NCBI GenBank assembly: GCA_043228905.1
Contig: JBHGNT010000004.1
Coordinates: forward strand, 16,802,001-16,866,000
Origin: Azolla caroliniana
Taxonomy: Eukaryota > Plantae > Polypodiophyta
DNA length: 64,000 bases
Direction of reading: 5' to 3'
Numbering within the stretch: the first letter of the stretch is position 1; the number at the start of each line of letters is the position of its first letter. Shown one piece after another: positions 13,654 to 28,000 of this stretch. The notes below the pieces were generated by a model, which was not told the DNA's origin, ran no database searches, and worked only from the letters and a program-made list of their open reading frames with translations. Made by a program: the position numbers and the translations under genes.

Positions 13654-16600
13654 TGTTATGGGCATGACCATATATTATCATGTGGTGAGAATTTTCCGTA
13701 GTATTCTATACACGTGGATAAGTGTGAGTAAATGAGAGTGTAAAGAAGGGGAGGATTACTTTTAATCCTCGGGATTGAGACAACCCATTAGGCCAAGTGT
13801 GAACTTCCTTGGGGGCCTTGGGTATTGCTATAAATAAGAGGCCTAACTACCCTCATTTCAGCATCTTGTTGAGTACGTCGAGACTCTGTCTTGTGGTGGG
13901 TCAACTCTTGTAGCGAGCGCGCCAGCACTAGGTACGACTCGACGCCACGACAGTGGTATGAGATGCCGATCGAGGCTTGAATCCGTCTCGATCCCTTCGC
14001 TCGGGGGTGGTCTGGTGGATCGACACCCTTCTTTCTCTCTCTCCTTTCTATTTATCTATCTATTTATCTATATTCTATCCTTATTTTTTGCTTCCATTAG
14101 TTCATGTCTCTAATAGTTGGTATCAGAGCCTATGTTCTAATGTTTCTTTTGTTGTCTTTTGTCTTGTTGATTGATGGTGATCGATCGATGTGCGATCGAC
14201 CTTGATCCAGACAATGATCAACAAAGGAACTTCGGTAACTCTTTCCTTCTTTTTTTTCTATTTTTTCTTCTTCCATCTAATCATGTGTATAGTCTATACA
14301 TAATTGTTTTCATTAATTTAATGATGTTGTAGTGGTAATTAATTGGTTGTATAAAACGTTTACATATGTGTATGAGGTCAATACCTCATTTGAAATATAT
14401 TGAATATGTGATTAGTGTCATATGCGCACGAAGTTAATACCTCAATTGCATATTACGCTCACATACATATGTCTCGTATGCGTAAGAGGCCAATACCTCA
14501 ATTGCGTATTACGATGAACCCTTATTTTTGGATGTTTCGTTTTCGTAGAGGTATATGCCTCGATTACATATCTCGATTATATCATTTATGGCTATTTGAT
14601 GTAACGATTTGTTTAATATACACATATGTGGTCACGTGTATACGTATTTGATTGTATATATGTGATAATATATATATGTGTGTATAAGTTATTACGTGAT
14701 TTTAATATCAAATGTTTTCCTTTTCGGGGAAAGGATCTTGGTGGCCGTCCTCACATTTTTGTGAGAATGGTGTTGTCACCATCCCTTTTTTCAACAATTT
14801 TTTATTGTTGACATTCCTGTTGGTGACTTCGATTTTATTACGTAAAGAAATGCCTATAGCCACAATGATGTTGAGAACGTAGGGCTTGACCCACTTCATG
14901 TGAGGTCGCTTCTATGACATACATATCCAACATCCCTCCCTTGTTACATGGATACGATGCCACCATGAGATCATTCTTATGAGAGGCATTCGTAATGACG
15001 TAACCATGTGATGGGCCATGTGGGCCTACTACGAAAAGAGGGCTCATTTGGCTTGACCATTAGGTTGCACTTTGGCGTATGCCATCATAATTACGAGACT
15101 TGAGGTTAGGTAACATACCAACATATTTTGTAGTAAACGAGGGGGAAATAAGGACTCTTGACATATATGTTTCTTTTAAAATATATGGGCAAATGCCTCA
15201 CATATCTCTTATATGCATGAAGTATTAAACATTCAAGAAGAGCAACCTACTTGGTTGGCTCAAGTGTTTAATGCATTTGTTCTTGAGGTCTTGAGTTCAA
15301 ATATAACTAAGACCATACAACATCATTGATACATATGACTATAACACATGTTTAGACTTGAGGTCTAAATGCACTTCGGGGTCCTCGTATTAGGACTTGA
15401 AGAGCCGAAACCACATATGTGGGCACTGAAACATAGTTTATTGTTAACATTTTTTTTCGTGTATAAACTACTCATGACGCGGATATACATGGTTGAGCCT
15501 CGGGGAGCCGCCATGAAAAAATCGATATAGAGATCAGGGAAAGACATTTATTTGTCACCCCCATGGTTTTTAAAACACGTTTGTGTTACCATAGTAACCT
15601 GATCTTGAACCTCATCTCATACGTCTAGAGGGGTATTGACGTGAGATCATGATATCGATTAATGTTTGCCCATGATATGTTTACATCACAACATGATGTT
15701 ATGACTATTTGTCTGACCTTATCCTATTTCTTTGCCAAAAATAATCATTCAATGGCTCAAAATAACGGCCCGATGTCATCCGCTCAAGCGGAAGGAACTC
15801 AAGGAAATCCTCCTGGACAAATGTCCATTGAGATGTATTTTTCACAAATAACCCAATACCTTAGTTTCACCACTCAACAGATGACCGAACTTCGGCAATC
15901 TCAAAGTGCTCTCGAGGCATGTGTCATTAGTTTACAATGTGAGACTAATAGACCTGATGAGCAACATGGTGAGCCATCGTTTGTCGTTAAGCCATTTACG
16001 AGAGAAAAAAAGGAAATAACCGAAGAAGCAATCTGTATGTGGCTGGGCCGATGGGAGTCTCATTTTGAGCTCTATCCCACGCCAGATAGTACGAAGATTG
16101 CATATGTCGGCCGAGAACTAGGGGGTAAGGCCGCCACCTGGTGGCGTGGGCTCCGAACTTTAGGGAAATTGCCCGATACCTGGACAGATTTTGTCACAGT
16201 TTTCAAGGGCCAATTTCTGCAACCTCCCTCTCAAACCGAGGCAGCACAAGCTTTAATGAACCTCTATAGTAGGAAGTTTTCCTCGCTAGAAGACTATGTT
16301 CACCATGCTAGAACCCAAATCCAAAAATCGGGACTAGAAGGGGACAACTGGTTAATAGCTTGTTTTGTGAATGGCATCCCCAATTCGGACTATCACTAGA
16401 TGGTGCACGATAAGGATCCAAAATCCTTCGAAGAGGGCATTGAAATAGTTCTTCACTATCAACGCACTTCGAAGAAGGACCACAACAATCCCAACGACGC
16501 GCCGGGGACTAAGCAGTTGCAATTCGCTGGGAAACGCAAGACACCCAACAAATTCATGGATTGCGGTTGTAAGCGACACCATCCTTTTTGCGTATTCTCC

Positions 16601-19600
16601 AAAATCCTTCGAAGAGGGCATTGAAATAGTTCTTCACTATCAACGCACTTCGAAGAAGGACCACAACAATCCCAACGACGCGCCGGGGACTAAGCAGTTG
16701 CAATTCGTTGGGAAACGCAAGACACCCAACGAATTCATGGATTGCGGTTGTAAGCGACACCATCCTTTTTGCGTATTCTCCAAAAAGAAGGGTCATACAA
16801 AACAACAATGTCGAAAGCTCCAACGGAAAGAGCACGACAACAAAGCTAAAGCTGTAGACCATAAAGGTCAGATTCCTAATGTCCTTCAGGTCTATACACA
16901 TCATTTAAGTAATTGTCAATGTTCTCTCCCTCACTATGTATTGGGTCCCAATGATTTACTACGTGCAAACGGGTATATCAATGGATCTCTTGTACAATTT
17001 TTGTTTGATTCGGGAAGTTCACACAACTTTGTGAATGATCGTTTGGTTCAGATATGGGGAATCCAACCCACCGTAAGTGATCACACCTATACGGTGCACT
17101 TGGCTGATGGAAGAGTACAATATATCAACAGGGCGATTCATTCATTAGGAATTTCTATTAATACTTTTATAGAGGAAGTAGACTTCCATTTAATGAATCT
17201 TTGTACCACTGATGTAATACTTGGTTATCCCTGGTTCTATAATAAAAACTCTTCTTTATTTATAGATTGGGTTCATCATTCAATAACATTTGTACTGAAC
17301 CATTGTACTCATTTTATTCAATGCGTAAAAAAACAATCCCCCTCGATTGTTTCCTCTCCATCAATATCCGAGTTGTCTTGTTCTACTCTATTTTATTGTG
17401 TACTTGATCTGGACATTCACGTTTACAATATCGATAATGTCTCGGTTCAATTAACATATTTTGAACTACAACAACTTGATGAAATCTTAAATGATTTTCA
17501 TGATGTTTTTCCGAGTGAACTACCAGATAGGTTACCTCCTAAACGTAATATAGACCATCGTATAGATATTGTACCTGGCGTTGCACCAATAATTATACCT
17601 CCTTATCGCTTAAGTCGATCCGAAGAGAATGAGGTATCGAAGCAACTCAAGGACTATTTACGAATGGGTTATATACGTTATAGTAAATCTCCATGGGGTG
17701 CACTAGTTCTCTTAGTTAAAAAGAAAGAGGGCACATGGCGTATGTGTATTAATTACCGATGCTTGAATAAAGTGACGATCAAGAATTCGTATCCATTGCC
17801 CTGGGCTGACAATCTAATTGACTGTCTCTAGGGAGCTCGGTATTTTACAAAACTTGATCTCCGTACTAGCTACCATCAAATTCGTATAAGTGAGGATGAT
17901 GTTCCTAAAATGACATTTCCTACGCGCTATGGCCATTATGAGTTTTTGGTTATGCCTTTTGGTTTGACCAATGCTTCGGCTACATTTCAACAAGAAATGA
18001 ATGACATTTTCCGAGAACAACTTGGAATTTTTTTCGTTATTTTCTTGGATGATATTTTAGTTTATAGCCATACATTACAAGAACATGCTAAACATGTCCG
18101 CTTTGTTTTACAAACATTGTGTGACAAACAATTTTATGCGAAGATTTTAAAATGTGAGTTCTTTAAGAAATCAATTACTTATCTTGGACATCTCATAACC
18201 GAACGAGGAGTTGAAATTGATCCTTCTTGCATCGAGAAAATCAAGCTTTGGCCCACTCTTCGGAATATTCAAGAAGTTCGATCATTCCTTGGTTTTGTCG
18301 GGTTCTTGCGAAAATCCCTTCGTAATTACTCCCCATTGACGACACCGTGTACTAATCTTCTAAAAGGTCAAACGCATAAGTCTACAAAACCTATTGTCTG
18401 GAATGCTACATTAGCCCTCGCCTTTAAGGAACTCAAGGACCTGGTGTGCAAGGCTCCTTCTCTTCTTTTACCCGATCCTTCGAAACCTTTTGATTTATGG
18501 CCATTGAAGCCATGGTAACAACTCCTGAATTGGCTTACCAATTTGTTGACGATTTGTTTCGTTTTTATGGGTTACCGATGGATATCATGAGTGATCAAGA
18601 TCAAAAATTTACTAGTGACTTCTGGACGCAAGTCTTTAAGAAGTTAGAAACTACGTTGAGCATGAGCTCCAAAGATCATCCTCAATCCGATGGACAAACA
18701 GAACGAGTAAACCAAATTATTGAGGACATGCTTTGAGCATACGTTGGTGCAAAACCAACAAAATGGGAACATTATCTCCCAATTTTGGAGTTTGCTTATA
18801 ACAACTCCAAGCATATGTCGACGGGATATAGTCCTTTTATGTTGATGTATGGTTTTCAGCCACAAGCCCCGATTGATGTTAATATATACATCATGATGAG
18901 TTGCGAAGTAAAACACGCTCTATCTTGAGCTGTTTTAATATTATCTCGTACAATATGCAACATATCTTGCATATCCTAAAGAAAGTTTTATAATATAAAA
19001 ACACGCTCTATCTTGAGTTGTTTTTATATTATCTCGTGCAATATGCAACATATCTTGCATATCCTGATGAAAGTTTTGCTGATCATCATAGGCAACCTCG
19101 TGTATTCCACCTTGGACAGAAGGTATTTTTACGTGTACCTCACAATTCTAAAACATTGTCTAAGGGTAAGTGCGCTAAGTTAGCCCCACGGTTTTGTGGA
19201 CCTTTTACAGTCCTCAAACGCATTGGGTCATCAACCTATCATTTCGCTCTTCCCGATGGTGTTGAAATTCATCCAATTTTTCAAGTGAGTCGTCTAAAAG
19301 AACTTCTAGGTTCTGGCGACAATACATTTACAACAGAAACTCTGGTTACTTCTGTAGAATTATCTTCTAAACCACATGTACCAGAAAAAATTCTCGATGT
19401 TAAAACAAAAAAATTACGTACTAAAGAAATCCGAGAATTTAAAATAAAATGGATGGATAAATCAATAAAAGATGCCATATGGGAACGCAAAAATACTCTC
19501 AGAACTAACTTCCCTAACTTTCCATTGCAAGAGTGCAATGTTTTAAAGAGGGGGAGTATGTTACGGGCATGACCATATAATATCCCGTGGTGAGAATTTA

Positions 19601-20015
19601 CCGTAGTATTCTATACATGTGGATAAGTGTGAGGGTTAAATGAGAGTGTAAAGAAGGGGAGGATTACTTTTAATCCTCGGGATTGAGACAACCCATTAGG
19701 CCAATTGTGAACTTCCCTAGGGGCCTTGGGTATCGCTATAAATAAGAGGCCTAGCTACTCTCATTTCAGCATCTTGTTGACTACATCGAGGCTCTGTCGT
19801 GTGGTGGGTCAACTCTTGTAGCAAGCGCACCAGCACCAGGTACGACTCGACGCCATGGCGGTGGTATGGGATGCCGATCGAGGCTCGAGTCCGTCTCGAT
19901 CCCTTCGCTCGGGGGTGGTTTGGTGGATCAACACCCTTCTTTCTCTCTCTCCTTTCTATCTATTGATCTATATTCTATCCTTATCTAATGCTTACATTAG
20001 TTCATGTCTCTAATA
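13654..20015 (+). mobile_element. Decayed Ty3/gypsy chromovirus-type LTR retrotransposon
   Basis: LTRs 13654-14115 and 19559-20015. PBS TGGTATCAGAGCC (tRNA-iMet) at 14118-14130, PPT AAAGAGGGGGAGTA at 19545-19558, TSD GGTAA/GATAA. Contains gag, protease [16 protein letters not shown], an integrase remnant and chromodomain PEKILDVK..KIKW..DAIWE. Confidence 0.93.
15752..19572 (+). pseudogene. Disrupted gag-pol of the chromovirus
   Basis: In-frame stops at 16397, 17829 and 18734, a frameshifting 181-bp tandem duplication (16417-16597 / 16598-~16784), and loss of RNase H plus the integrase N-terminus at ~18495. Confidence 0.88.
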
Positions 20016-22937
20016 GATAAGATGCCAAATAAACCAGTCCATAGGTATTATGGGCACTTCTAAGAAAAGTTCACATATATTCTAGTCGGTTCCAAGAAAA
20101 CATTCGAGAACATGAGGGACACCAAAAGAGATGTCCGGTTGGACATGGTGGTAGATATCCCGAAGGAGAGATTATATATGTATAGCATATGTTGTGAAGA
20201 CTTAAGGGAATGACGAAAATGGTTGGAAGAGATGTGTAGGTGCGGTTCCTTGATGATGATGATCATGCATGCATGCATGCCTACTGCTCGCTTGCCCGAC
20301 CATCATTTTACAGTATGAGCGTACCACTAAAGCTACGTTTCTATTTGCTACCAAATAATAAAGAGGCTTGGTGATGAAATCGCGGTCACCGACGATGCAT
20401 AAAGCGTTTTGAAAGGCGCGTACAATTCGCACCAATAGATCTTTATCCACAAAAAGCGCGCGCCTAAAAACCAACCTGGCTCTTACAAGCCTCTCACGTC
20501 TACCTCAGGCAATGCGATTCACCAACCAGGGCATTGTAATTTCTAAGCCAAGCACATCCTGCCATTTCATTACCTAACCTGGGCGGTGTAATTCTCTATA
20601 CCTAACCCAAGCAAATCATGTCATTACATTACTTAACTTGGACTATGTTAACCTAAACCAGGCAGTGTAATTCTCTACACCTAACCCAGACTCTACAAAC
20701 CTAACATGGTTCTTGTAATTCCATAAACCTAACTTGGACCTACTTACCTAACCTAGCATCGTGGTGCATCTAACTCGGGCACAATTTCAACATTGGTAAA
20801 CCAAGCATATTTACATTTTTTTGCCAATTTTTGAATTTTTAAAACCTTTTGCAACTTGCACCTACGTTCAACCAACAACTCCCACACCCGCACCTACAGT
20901 TGCACCTATACTTGAACCTAAACCTCCACCTCCACCTGGTAAGTACTTTCTTTGTTTGCTTATATGTGTTTAGGGTTTAATGTTGCCAACATCAAATCAT
21001 CAAGATGTAGACTTTGACTTGAATGTGGGATTGAGTCTTGAGGGAGTAAAGTTTAGGATTTAAAACTTTGTTCTTAAATTCTAGGATTTAAAACTCTGTT
21101 CTTTCCTTCCTTTTTCTACTTTAGCATCTTGACATGGATGAAGATTAGGTTAAAAGAAAACCAAGTAAAGAGAGGTACTATTCAGATTCATTTATAAAAA
21201 ATGTGATAGTTTCTCAACTGCTAATGAATGTGTTATGTTTTCTCTCATGGCAACCAGGTTTTTGTACGAAGGAGTATGAAATGCAACTATTCAAGAGAGA
21301 TGGTGGCCCAAAACCAAATGGAGGGGGCAACAACAGAGGATTTAGAAGGCGCATGCCAGATGAGCCAACAGATCCATTGAGAGGCAACAAAAACGTCAAA
21401 TTGTGATGTGACTCCAATAGGTAAGGATTTAGATATTGGTATTATGGGTGCTAATAGATACAAAATGTTTTGTTGTAATGAATATTACACATGACCAACA
21501 TTTTCAAATCAAGTGGAGTTGACCACCTTTCAGTCTTCAAGTGTGTTCAAGATCTGAAAGGGACCAAATCTCGAGTATACACAATGGTAAAGTCGTGCCG
21601 GAAAAATCCACAATGGTTTCATAAGAAACTAGACATAGAGGCACATTTAATGAAGGAACATGACATTAGGACCGTGTTTCCAACATGGTTGAAGATAGTG
21701 GAAGAGGAGCAGGTGTCAGAAGGGAAATACTATAGTCCAAAATACTTCAACAACTACGAAAGGGAAAGATCAATCAAGCGTTATTTTAATGTTGATTTCA
21801 AATACATTAGAGCTCACCAATCCCACTTGAGCACACTCAAGAAAAAAATGCTTGACATATTCTTAGTAATACTCATTGAAGGTTGTAAACTAATCAGTAT
21901 GTTTCCAGTCTGAGCAATTGTAATGTAGGGCTCACCGATTGTAGATGGACAAAGAAGATGGGAACATCTCAAATGTTGGTAGCCAGAAGACAACACAGTT
22001 AGACTCCATGCCAAAGCAACCAGTTAGGGGAAAAATCAAAGTGAGAAGACCAAAGGTGAATATGGGTTTATGTGCAAGTATTCAATCTAATAAAGAGGAA
22101 GATCTTGAGATTGTGGGCTATGTTCAAATTATGTATGGGAAAGCCATCAAATCCCTGGACGTGACAAATGGAAAGGCATTCACCAATTATGGTAGGATAG
22201 TTAGGGTTTAGTGGTGGTTATGGTCAATATTTCAAGGGTATTTTGATGTTGTAATTTTGGTTGGCAAAATAGGTTCCAATTTGTTTGTAGAAGGTTGGAT
22301 TTTGTACATCAAGGAAGCAAAATTTTGATTGATGTGCGAAACTGAAGAGATGGCATTGACATGGATCATGAATGTATTCCATGTTGGCATAAAAGGCCGA
22401 CTCCTTCCACTTTGTATCCATAGTGTGAACATGTCCTCTAGCTAGGGCTTGAGTATATAAGCTCTAACCTAACACTGTAAAGACATCTTGGAGTGTAAGA
22501 ATTACAAAGTGAGAGAATAAGAACTTCCATTGAAGCTCTAAAGTTGTGTCCATCTTCTCTTTTTCTTCTTGTTTCATATGTGTGTTGTTTGCTACACATC
22601 TTACTACAAGTCCTCTTCATCATCATCTGCTGCCAACCATCATATCACCAACAAGTGGAATCAGAGCGACCTCGCTATCCAGCGGCAACGAAAAGAAGAA
22701 AAGACTAAGAAGAGAAGCTATCCGGTTGAGAGAAAAGACAAGGTCAACAACATCTACTTCCAATAAAAGAATGACAACACAGTCTAACATGAGTGTGGAA
22801 AACCGAAAGTTCAATGGGAAAAATTTCGCCCTCTGGAAGGTGTTAAGAATTAGGAGATTAATTAAGCAAGGGTTAATTAGTACCTAATTATGTGATTAGT
22901 TGATAAGCGGAAGATTAAGTGATATATGTGTGTGAGA

Positions 22938-22977
<40 letters not shown>

Positions 22978-25043
22978 ACACAAGATGGGGGATGAGTAAG
23001 TATATTAAATTAGCATTATCGTCGTCATCATACAAAAATACCCACAATGAGGTATATATACATCTCATGTGCAAAGGTGCACATGTGTGAGTAGAATATA
23101 GGTACTAATGTGTAAGTCCTATATTAAATGTACTTAGGAGTGGAGGATCTAGAATATCCCACTTAAGTACAAGGTCCTATTTAAGGCGTTATAGTCAACA
23201 CTTCTAACTTGATTCTATCGAGGTAACTACGAAGTTACATTGTTGACTAACTAACTAAACTAAATTGAGCTTGATCTCTCAACATGCCCCCTCAAGCTCA
23301 AGTGTGAGGTGTTCGACATCCGCTTTGGCTTTTGTCGGCTTCGTGTGCTTCCGTACGGCCTTCGGCTTTCTTCGTCGTGGCAATCTCGGTTCCTCCCCCT
23401 CAAGCCGGTGACAAAGGCTTGTAGTGTGTGGGCGAAGGTTGACTACTTCCACCCATCGTGGGTTACGAGCTCGTAGGGAGTTAGCTCATGGACTCCATTA
23501 GTGGTGCACTGGTTCATGAGATAAACGGTCGTGGATGCCGCTTCGGCCCAATAGAAGTTCGACATGTGCTTCTCATGCATCATGGCGCGTGCTACCTCGA
23601 GTATTTGCCGATTCTTCCTTTCAGCTACTCCATTTTGTTGGGGTGTGTGTCGACACGAGAAATCTCTACGAATGCCTTCACTTTGGAGGTATGAGGTGAA
23701 TTCATCGGAGAAGTACTCCTTGCCTCGATCCGATCGTAGGCATCAAATGTGTCGACCGGTTTCTTTTTCGACTTGCCCCTTGAGCTTTTGGAAGTGGGAG
23801 AGCACTTCGCTTTTCTTCTTCATCGGGTAGATCCACGCGTAGCGCGAGTAGTCGTCGATAAAGGTTACGTAGTATCGACATCCGCTGATCGTCGGCGTTT
23901 GAGCCGGTATCGTGGAGAAAACCGCCCCCTAGGAGGAATCAAGAGGAACCGTGTATGAACCGGCCCTTACATGAGTGGGTGTGTGAATAGATCACTTGTA
24001 TATAATTATGAATAGGTCGGCTGATGTAAATATACTAGGTATGACATATTTATTAGGAAATATATGCGTATCTCTGTCCGAAGGGACAGAGAATAAAGTG
24101 ACATGACTGAGGGAGAACGCTCTCTCCTCGACGACCTATATAAGGGAAGGGAGAAGAGGACATAGGGTATCCTGGTTCTGCGAGGACGAAGTGCTGACGG
24201 ACTGGGTACCGAGCGGTCACTATTCCTCCTCCCATCATCCTCTGCGGGTTTCGGAGTTCGTTGCCTCTGCTTCGTGGATAGCTAGTGTGCTTCCGGCAGA
24301 GGCCCTCCCCCTTGCCCCCCCCCCCCCCCCCCCTTTTTCTTTTTGTGTTTTAGTGTTGGCGAGAGTCGTCGCCTATGTGTGTGCGGGGAACCCCGAGCTG
24401 GGTCTGTCACCACCTTGCCGGTTGTAATCATTATTGGCATTATAATCAAATCCTCTGTTTGTCTCTCTCCCTTTTTTTGTGTTTCAGCAAACGCTCTTTC
24501 TTCTCTCTCTCACGTTCCTTGGTTCAGGGCCCCCGTGGTTCCGTCTCTTTTCACGCACGAAAGCAAAGCAACACAACATAATTTGGTGAACCCGACGTGA
24601 AAGAGACGGCAAAGGTGTTGAAGATGAGGGGATTTGAGCTTGTTGAAGCTATGGCAGTAGCCGTTGACCGGCTAGTGAGCGCTCGTGAGGGAATAGGTAC
24701 CCTCGACAGAGCCATAGAATCGATCGTCAGCACCGTAGGCCGATTCGGTGGTAAGAACACCATGAGCTATTTGGAGGCCTATCGGGCCAAGATGATCATG
24801 AGGGACATCCCTGAAGACAAACGCCTGTCCGAATTCCCTCGAGTGGTGATGCCGAGAATCCATGCAGAGGTGCTCGAGGTGCTGGCCGGATGCCAGACAT
24901 GGGAGGTTTTCGGGGAGCGGCTCCTCGAAAGGTATGGGTTCGATGACTCGCTTCGACTGACGAAGCGGGACTTCATGGCATGGGTTGAAAACCATGGGAA
25001 GGGGAGGAGCACATTGGCGCTCCTCCAGGAATTCGAAACGCGG

Positions 25044-28000
25044 TATCGCGTAGTTACGCGCGTGCGTGTAGAAGGGCGGGACCACGTGGGTCTTGGACTA
25101 GGGAGTGGAGGAGAAAGATTAGCTCAAGGGGAGAAGAGAACGCCTATGACATTATGATAGAAGAAGAAGATGCAATCGAGATACTCAACAAGAAGTTCTA
25201 TTAAGAAATGAATGATTACAACAAATGGTGGCCGCCATGGCCGCACCAAACGACTACTCGAAACCCTAACCCTAACCCTAACGCTCGACCTACGTGGTAT
25301 ACCTCGCACACTCAAAATAGGCAACCCCCTCAATGGTGCCTTCTCTCTCCTTTTATAGCACAAGGAGGGAAGACCGCTTACAAAAGTGAGACTCAAATAT
25401 CCCCTTTCATTCAAAGGGGATATTTGCCTTGATTTGGGGGAGGGTGAGATTGATGGCCCCTTAACTCCCACCTCCTCACAAACAACTAGGTACCTATGTA
25501 CCGCATAGTACCTCTCTCTCTCTCTCTCTCGCGTGGATGTGCGTACAACCACATCACCTTTATACCTTTATTACTATTACAAATACGTTATTTATGTGTG
25601 CAACGTTGCACATCGCTCTTTGGCTCTCGTTGCTCGGGTTTCCGCTTGTGGACAAAAATCTTCACGACATTCGCCCCCACCTAACCGCACATCCTCCGGT
25701 ATGTGCCAAAACATAGGGGAGAGAACACGAGATTTTCGGCCACGACAACCGACCGAGTCCTTAGCGTCCTCGTGGGCCCGCCCGACTTTGTCTTCCACTT
25801 CGAGCAAGACCACCCCGTCCACACGAACCACCGCCGCCTTCCGGCCCACCATCCTCGCCGAATGGTCTCGAACCGTCGGCGCCATCCGATCCGCCACACT
25901 CGACGATGTTCGCCAAGTCGTTGCCTCCACCCGATCCGCCATGTCCACCATGGGTCCTTGAACCACCGAATACATCCGACCCGCCGTATTCGATGCCCGT
26001 GCTTTCCTCCCCATTCGGTCCTCCCGAACGACGTCGCCGACCCGGTTGCTCTTCCTTTGTCCGCCTCTTATATCCTCCGGATGCGCTCTCGGTTGCATGC
26101 TGGATTCCGCCCTCTGCGTGCCGCACACCTCGGCGTGCCGACTCTCTCCGCTCCACGCTTGCCTTCCGTAGGCTTTTCCCGTATGTCGATGTTGCCCTCC
26201 AAATGCGTGCTCGTGCTTTGGTCGTTCGATGACCCCATCACGCGTTTTTCGCTTTCCCCTTTTTCGCCGTGCTCTCTCGTAGTAGAGCGTATCGTCATCC
26301 CGACCTCCGTGTCGGTGTCCCTCGAGGCTCTCGTTATCGCCTCGCCTCGCCTTGCGCCCTCTTGGCCCGCTTGGCCTTGTATGCCCTCCGGGAAGCCGCC
26401 GCGCTTTCTCTTCCCGGTGTGTACCCCGTTGTTCTCCACGCATCTCCTCCGTTTCCCTAGATACGACTCTCCGCTCATGCCGATCGCGCTCGGCCCATGT
26501 CGTCGATCTTGGTGTTTCGCCGCACCGTCCTTCGTCCCGCGCTTGCCTCTCGAAGGTTTGACCCGACCGTCATCGTCGGTCAATCGTTGTCGCCCATCCG
26601 CCGTATGCATGCTTGTGTCTTGGCCCTCCACCGGCCGTATTGCATGCGTCTCACGTCGCCCTTCATCCGCCGTAGACCCGACCTCCGCGTCGGCCACTTA
26701 TTCCTTTGTCACCGTAGCCTGTTCCGACCCGAGCTCGCCATCTTGGACCCGCTCGTCCATCATCTCATACCGGATACCCGCTCCGATAACTTTGTCCGCT
26801 TCGGCCTCTGACTTCTCGCCGCCACCCGCCGTCTCTCCGGTCTCACGTTGATCCGCAACCGCCGAAGTCTCTAGAATGGGTGTGGAAGGTCCCTCTCGCT
26901 CTTGGTCTTCTAGCAAGCTGTGATCACCGTGCCCACTAGGCCTCCTTCTCGCTCTCACCGGCTCCCACCGTAACCGTACCAGGCCGGTTACGAATCGATC
27001 AAACAATCCCGGTCTTGCCGGCTTCCTTCGGCTCGTGCCCGGTTGACCGGTTCCCGCTTCACTCTTCTTCCGCTCAGCCTCCCGGTCGGGTTGGATTACC
27101 GACTGGCTCATCTTTCGGTTGGGTCGGTTCCCGACTCGCTCCTCGATGCCGCTCCGGATCTCTCCTTCGGTCTTTTCGCACGTGCCCACTACGGGCCTCT
27201 TATCCTCACGGCCACCGCCCATCTCCCCGGTCTTATGTCCGCGCTCGGGCGCAACCGCCGAAGTCTCCGGCCCCGGTGTTGAGGGATCTTGGCTCCGTCC
27301 GCTACAAACCTCCTCTTTGTCATTTCGGTTGCCCGCCTTGCCGCCGCCACTGTCCGTCTCTCTAGGTCTCACACCGGCTCTCGGGCCGGTTGCCGGAGTC
27401 TCTAGGTCCGGTGTGTGGAAGGTCGCGGCACCGCCGCTCGTCACCTTTTCTTCCTCGATTTCGCAAGCCTCGAGTATGCTCGCGAAATCCTCGTAGAACG
27501 TTTCGGGCAACCGCGTCCCGAAACTTTCGCCCACTCTCGAAGTGGCGTCCATTGCTCCGTAGATATCGGCCTCATCCATGGCCGTCCTCTTTCCACAAGT
27601 CGAGAGGGTCGCTTGCTTCGCACCCTCTCCCACATCGTCGCCGTGGTCGTCCGCCTTGCAGCCGCCACCGTTCATTACCCTAGGTCTTACGCGGGCACTC
27701 GGGCCGGCCGCTGGGGTCTCTTGAACCGGTGCGTGAAAGGTAGCAACGCCGCCGCTCGTCGATGCTATGCTCGTAGCCACCTCCATTCGGACATTGTCGT
27801 CCGTGGCTACCCCGCCTCCGTATATGCAAGCATCAATTATGCTTGCCGCCTCCTCTTCCACGGTCTCCTTACCGTTGTCTCGGTTGCCCGCCTTGCCGCC
27901 GCCACCGTCCGTCACTCCACGTCTCACACCGGCTCTCGGGTCGGTTGCCGGAGTCTCTAGGCCCGGTGTGCTTAAGGTCGCGGCACCGCCGCTTGTCTCC

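Noticed and set aside
20325-20336. TSD for the long-TIR element (TA or 9 bp)
   Set aside because: The left flank ...AAAGCTAC and right flank ACAAACAAA do not match convincingly, so the superfamily is left unassigned.
25703-26851. 382-aa plus-strand ORF and many other overlapping ORFs between 24 and 56 kb
   Set aside because: They are antisense or alternative-frame shadows in GC-rich transposon DNA with no recognisable motifs.
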